Shown one piece after another: positions 62,564-64,000 of a DNA stretch of 64,000 nucleotides. The stretch spans positions 37,076,001 to 37,140,000 of the forward strand of contig NW_027266275.1 of NCBI RefSeq assembly GCF_022045235.1. The letters run 5' to 3'. Position 1 is the stretch's first letter, and each line of letters starts with the position of its first letter. This stretch comes from Haliotis cracherodii. Lineage: Eukaryota. The notes below the pieces were generated by a model. That model did not search any database. It had not been told where the DNA came from and saw only the letters and a list, made by a program, of their open reading frames with translations. The position numbers and the translations under genes were made by a program.

Positions 62564-64000
62564 CTTACAAAGTAAACGAAGAGAAACCCGATACCGTTAA
62601 TGTGGACCTATCATCATAATCATCAGTTGGTGATATTGTTATTATTTGCATCAACAGAATACAGAACATAGAAAAGTTAACATGCAATAAATCGTTAGAA
62701 TTATCGTTGAATCTTTCGTCACGTTGCAGTAAAGAACCGCTTTGAAAAAACTTTTGTGACCACAGATCAACCAAAAATGCCTGGGAAAATGAATTAAACA
62801 TCTGTGCTCTTTAAGAACGTATCATATTCGATTAAGAAAAAAATACAAACTTATTGATTTAAAAAAAAATACATAAAAAGATCGCCTTTGTCAACGGGTC
62901 GTTAGTATGTTATCAATAACGCACTGACTTTGATCCCGAACGTGATTGCAACCAGGCATTAATACCACAGCATAATTATCAAGTACACTTTGATTGCTAC
63001 TCCGCTGTTAAAAAAATAGTCCGTAAAAAATAGTCAAACTTGCTAACATTATCTTAACATTAATGACATCGGTCGTGTGATTGCACCTGTTGATTCGGCG
63101 GACATGAAAGCGAGAGGAAGCTGGTGTCCTGGACTGGTGCTCGACTAACAGTAATTAATGACATTAAGCTTAATGAAACGAACACCCACCAGCAGGTGAT
63201 TCAGTTGTAGATATATTATGAGAAACTAATGGTTGAAAGATATACACACGTTCCGCCTCAGTGAGATGGGTGGCAGTGTACTGTAAAAAGATGGCAATGC
63301 TTGTTGCAATTATGCCTAAAGTCGCGGAAATTAGTATGGAGTTAGGAGATGCGAGCGACAGAGCACAGCGTCTTGATGCTTGTGTGTTCCGCCTCAGTGA
63401 TTCGCCTTCCGATTTGTCAAAGGTCATAGCAACACGGAAGCGCCCCCTACGGTCACGTGGCGGGCACGCGACACAAATTGGAAATTAAATGGTTGGTTGT
63501 GAGGCTAAATGCTACAATAATGCACATTAAAAATGATATTTAATACGGCTATGTCTACTCGATGCTAATTGAAGCATTAAGCTATGGTGGATGTAGGTGA
63601 TCTCTTGTACTGATATTTATCAGCGGGTGTGGACAAGTGACCGCTGTATGAAGCTGCACGGACTGTGACGGACGGGACTGGACACTGGTCTCTGTTGATG
63701 GTCACAGGTTGGGTCAGTATCCGTGTGCCCTCAGTAGATAACAGAAGGACTGAAAGTGTTAATTTAAATGCATTTTAATGACAGTTGAGATGCTGTTGAT
63801 GGACAAAATGTAATTTACTTTAACAGGCGGCCATTACACATTGGCGTTCCTGTATTTCTTGGTTAACCTATCAATACCCCTGCAAAAACCAGGAATGTAG
63901 ACAAGAATAAATGTAGTATATCTAATAAAATGTCTTTGTTATAGTCGTGCCATGGTAATTACTCTAACGAAAAGAAATTCAAAAATTGTTTCTTTGCCCG

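Noticed and set aside
63170-63488. Overlapping 85-aa and 75-aa ORFs
   Set aside because: Short, no domain, no supporting splice or promoter evidence.

Overview
Animal (most likely gastropod mollusc; abalone-like SINE repertoire, an inference) genomic DNA, AT-rich, with one assembly gap (56079-56280). The only credible intact protein-coding gene is an intronless neurogenin-family bHLH gene (18280-19047, +) with TATA box, CCAAT/GC boxes, a dense Hairy/E(spl)-type site cluster upstream and a short 3' UTR carrying several ancient miRNA seed sites. The rest is a gene desert with CpG-rich motif-dense blocks (candidate enhancers), four SINE families (two short tRNA-headed, one MetaSINE-like, one with a non-tRNA head) that share a 3' tail, decayed Tc1/mariner, LINE and Penelope-like remnants, a MITE, and mini/microsatellites. 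Best candidates for new biology: (1) the non-tRNA SINE family begins, by two target-site duplications, right at a compact pseudoknotted RNA fold that shows compensatory changes between copies, a possible self-processing ribozyme or other functional 5' RNA module; (2) tandem degenerate minimal hammerhead motifs; (3) a Notch-target-style regulatory signature (class C sites plus K box and miR-7 site) on neurogenin. All folds and alignments were done by eye.
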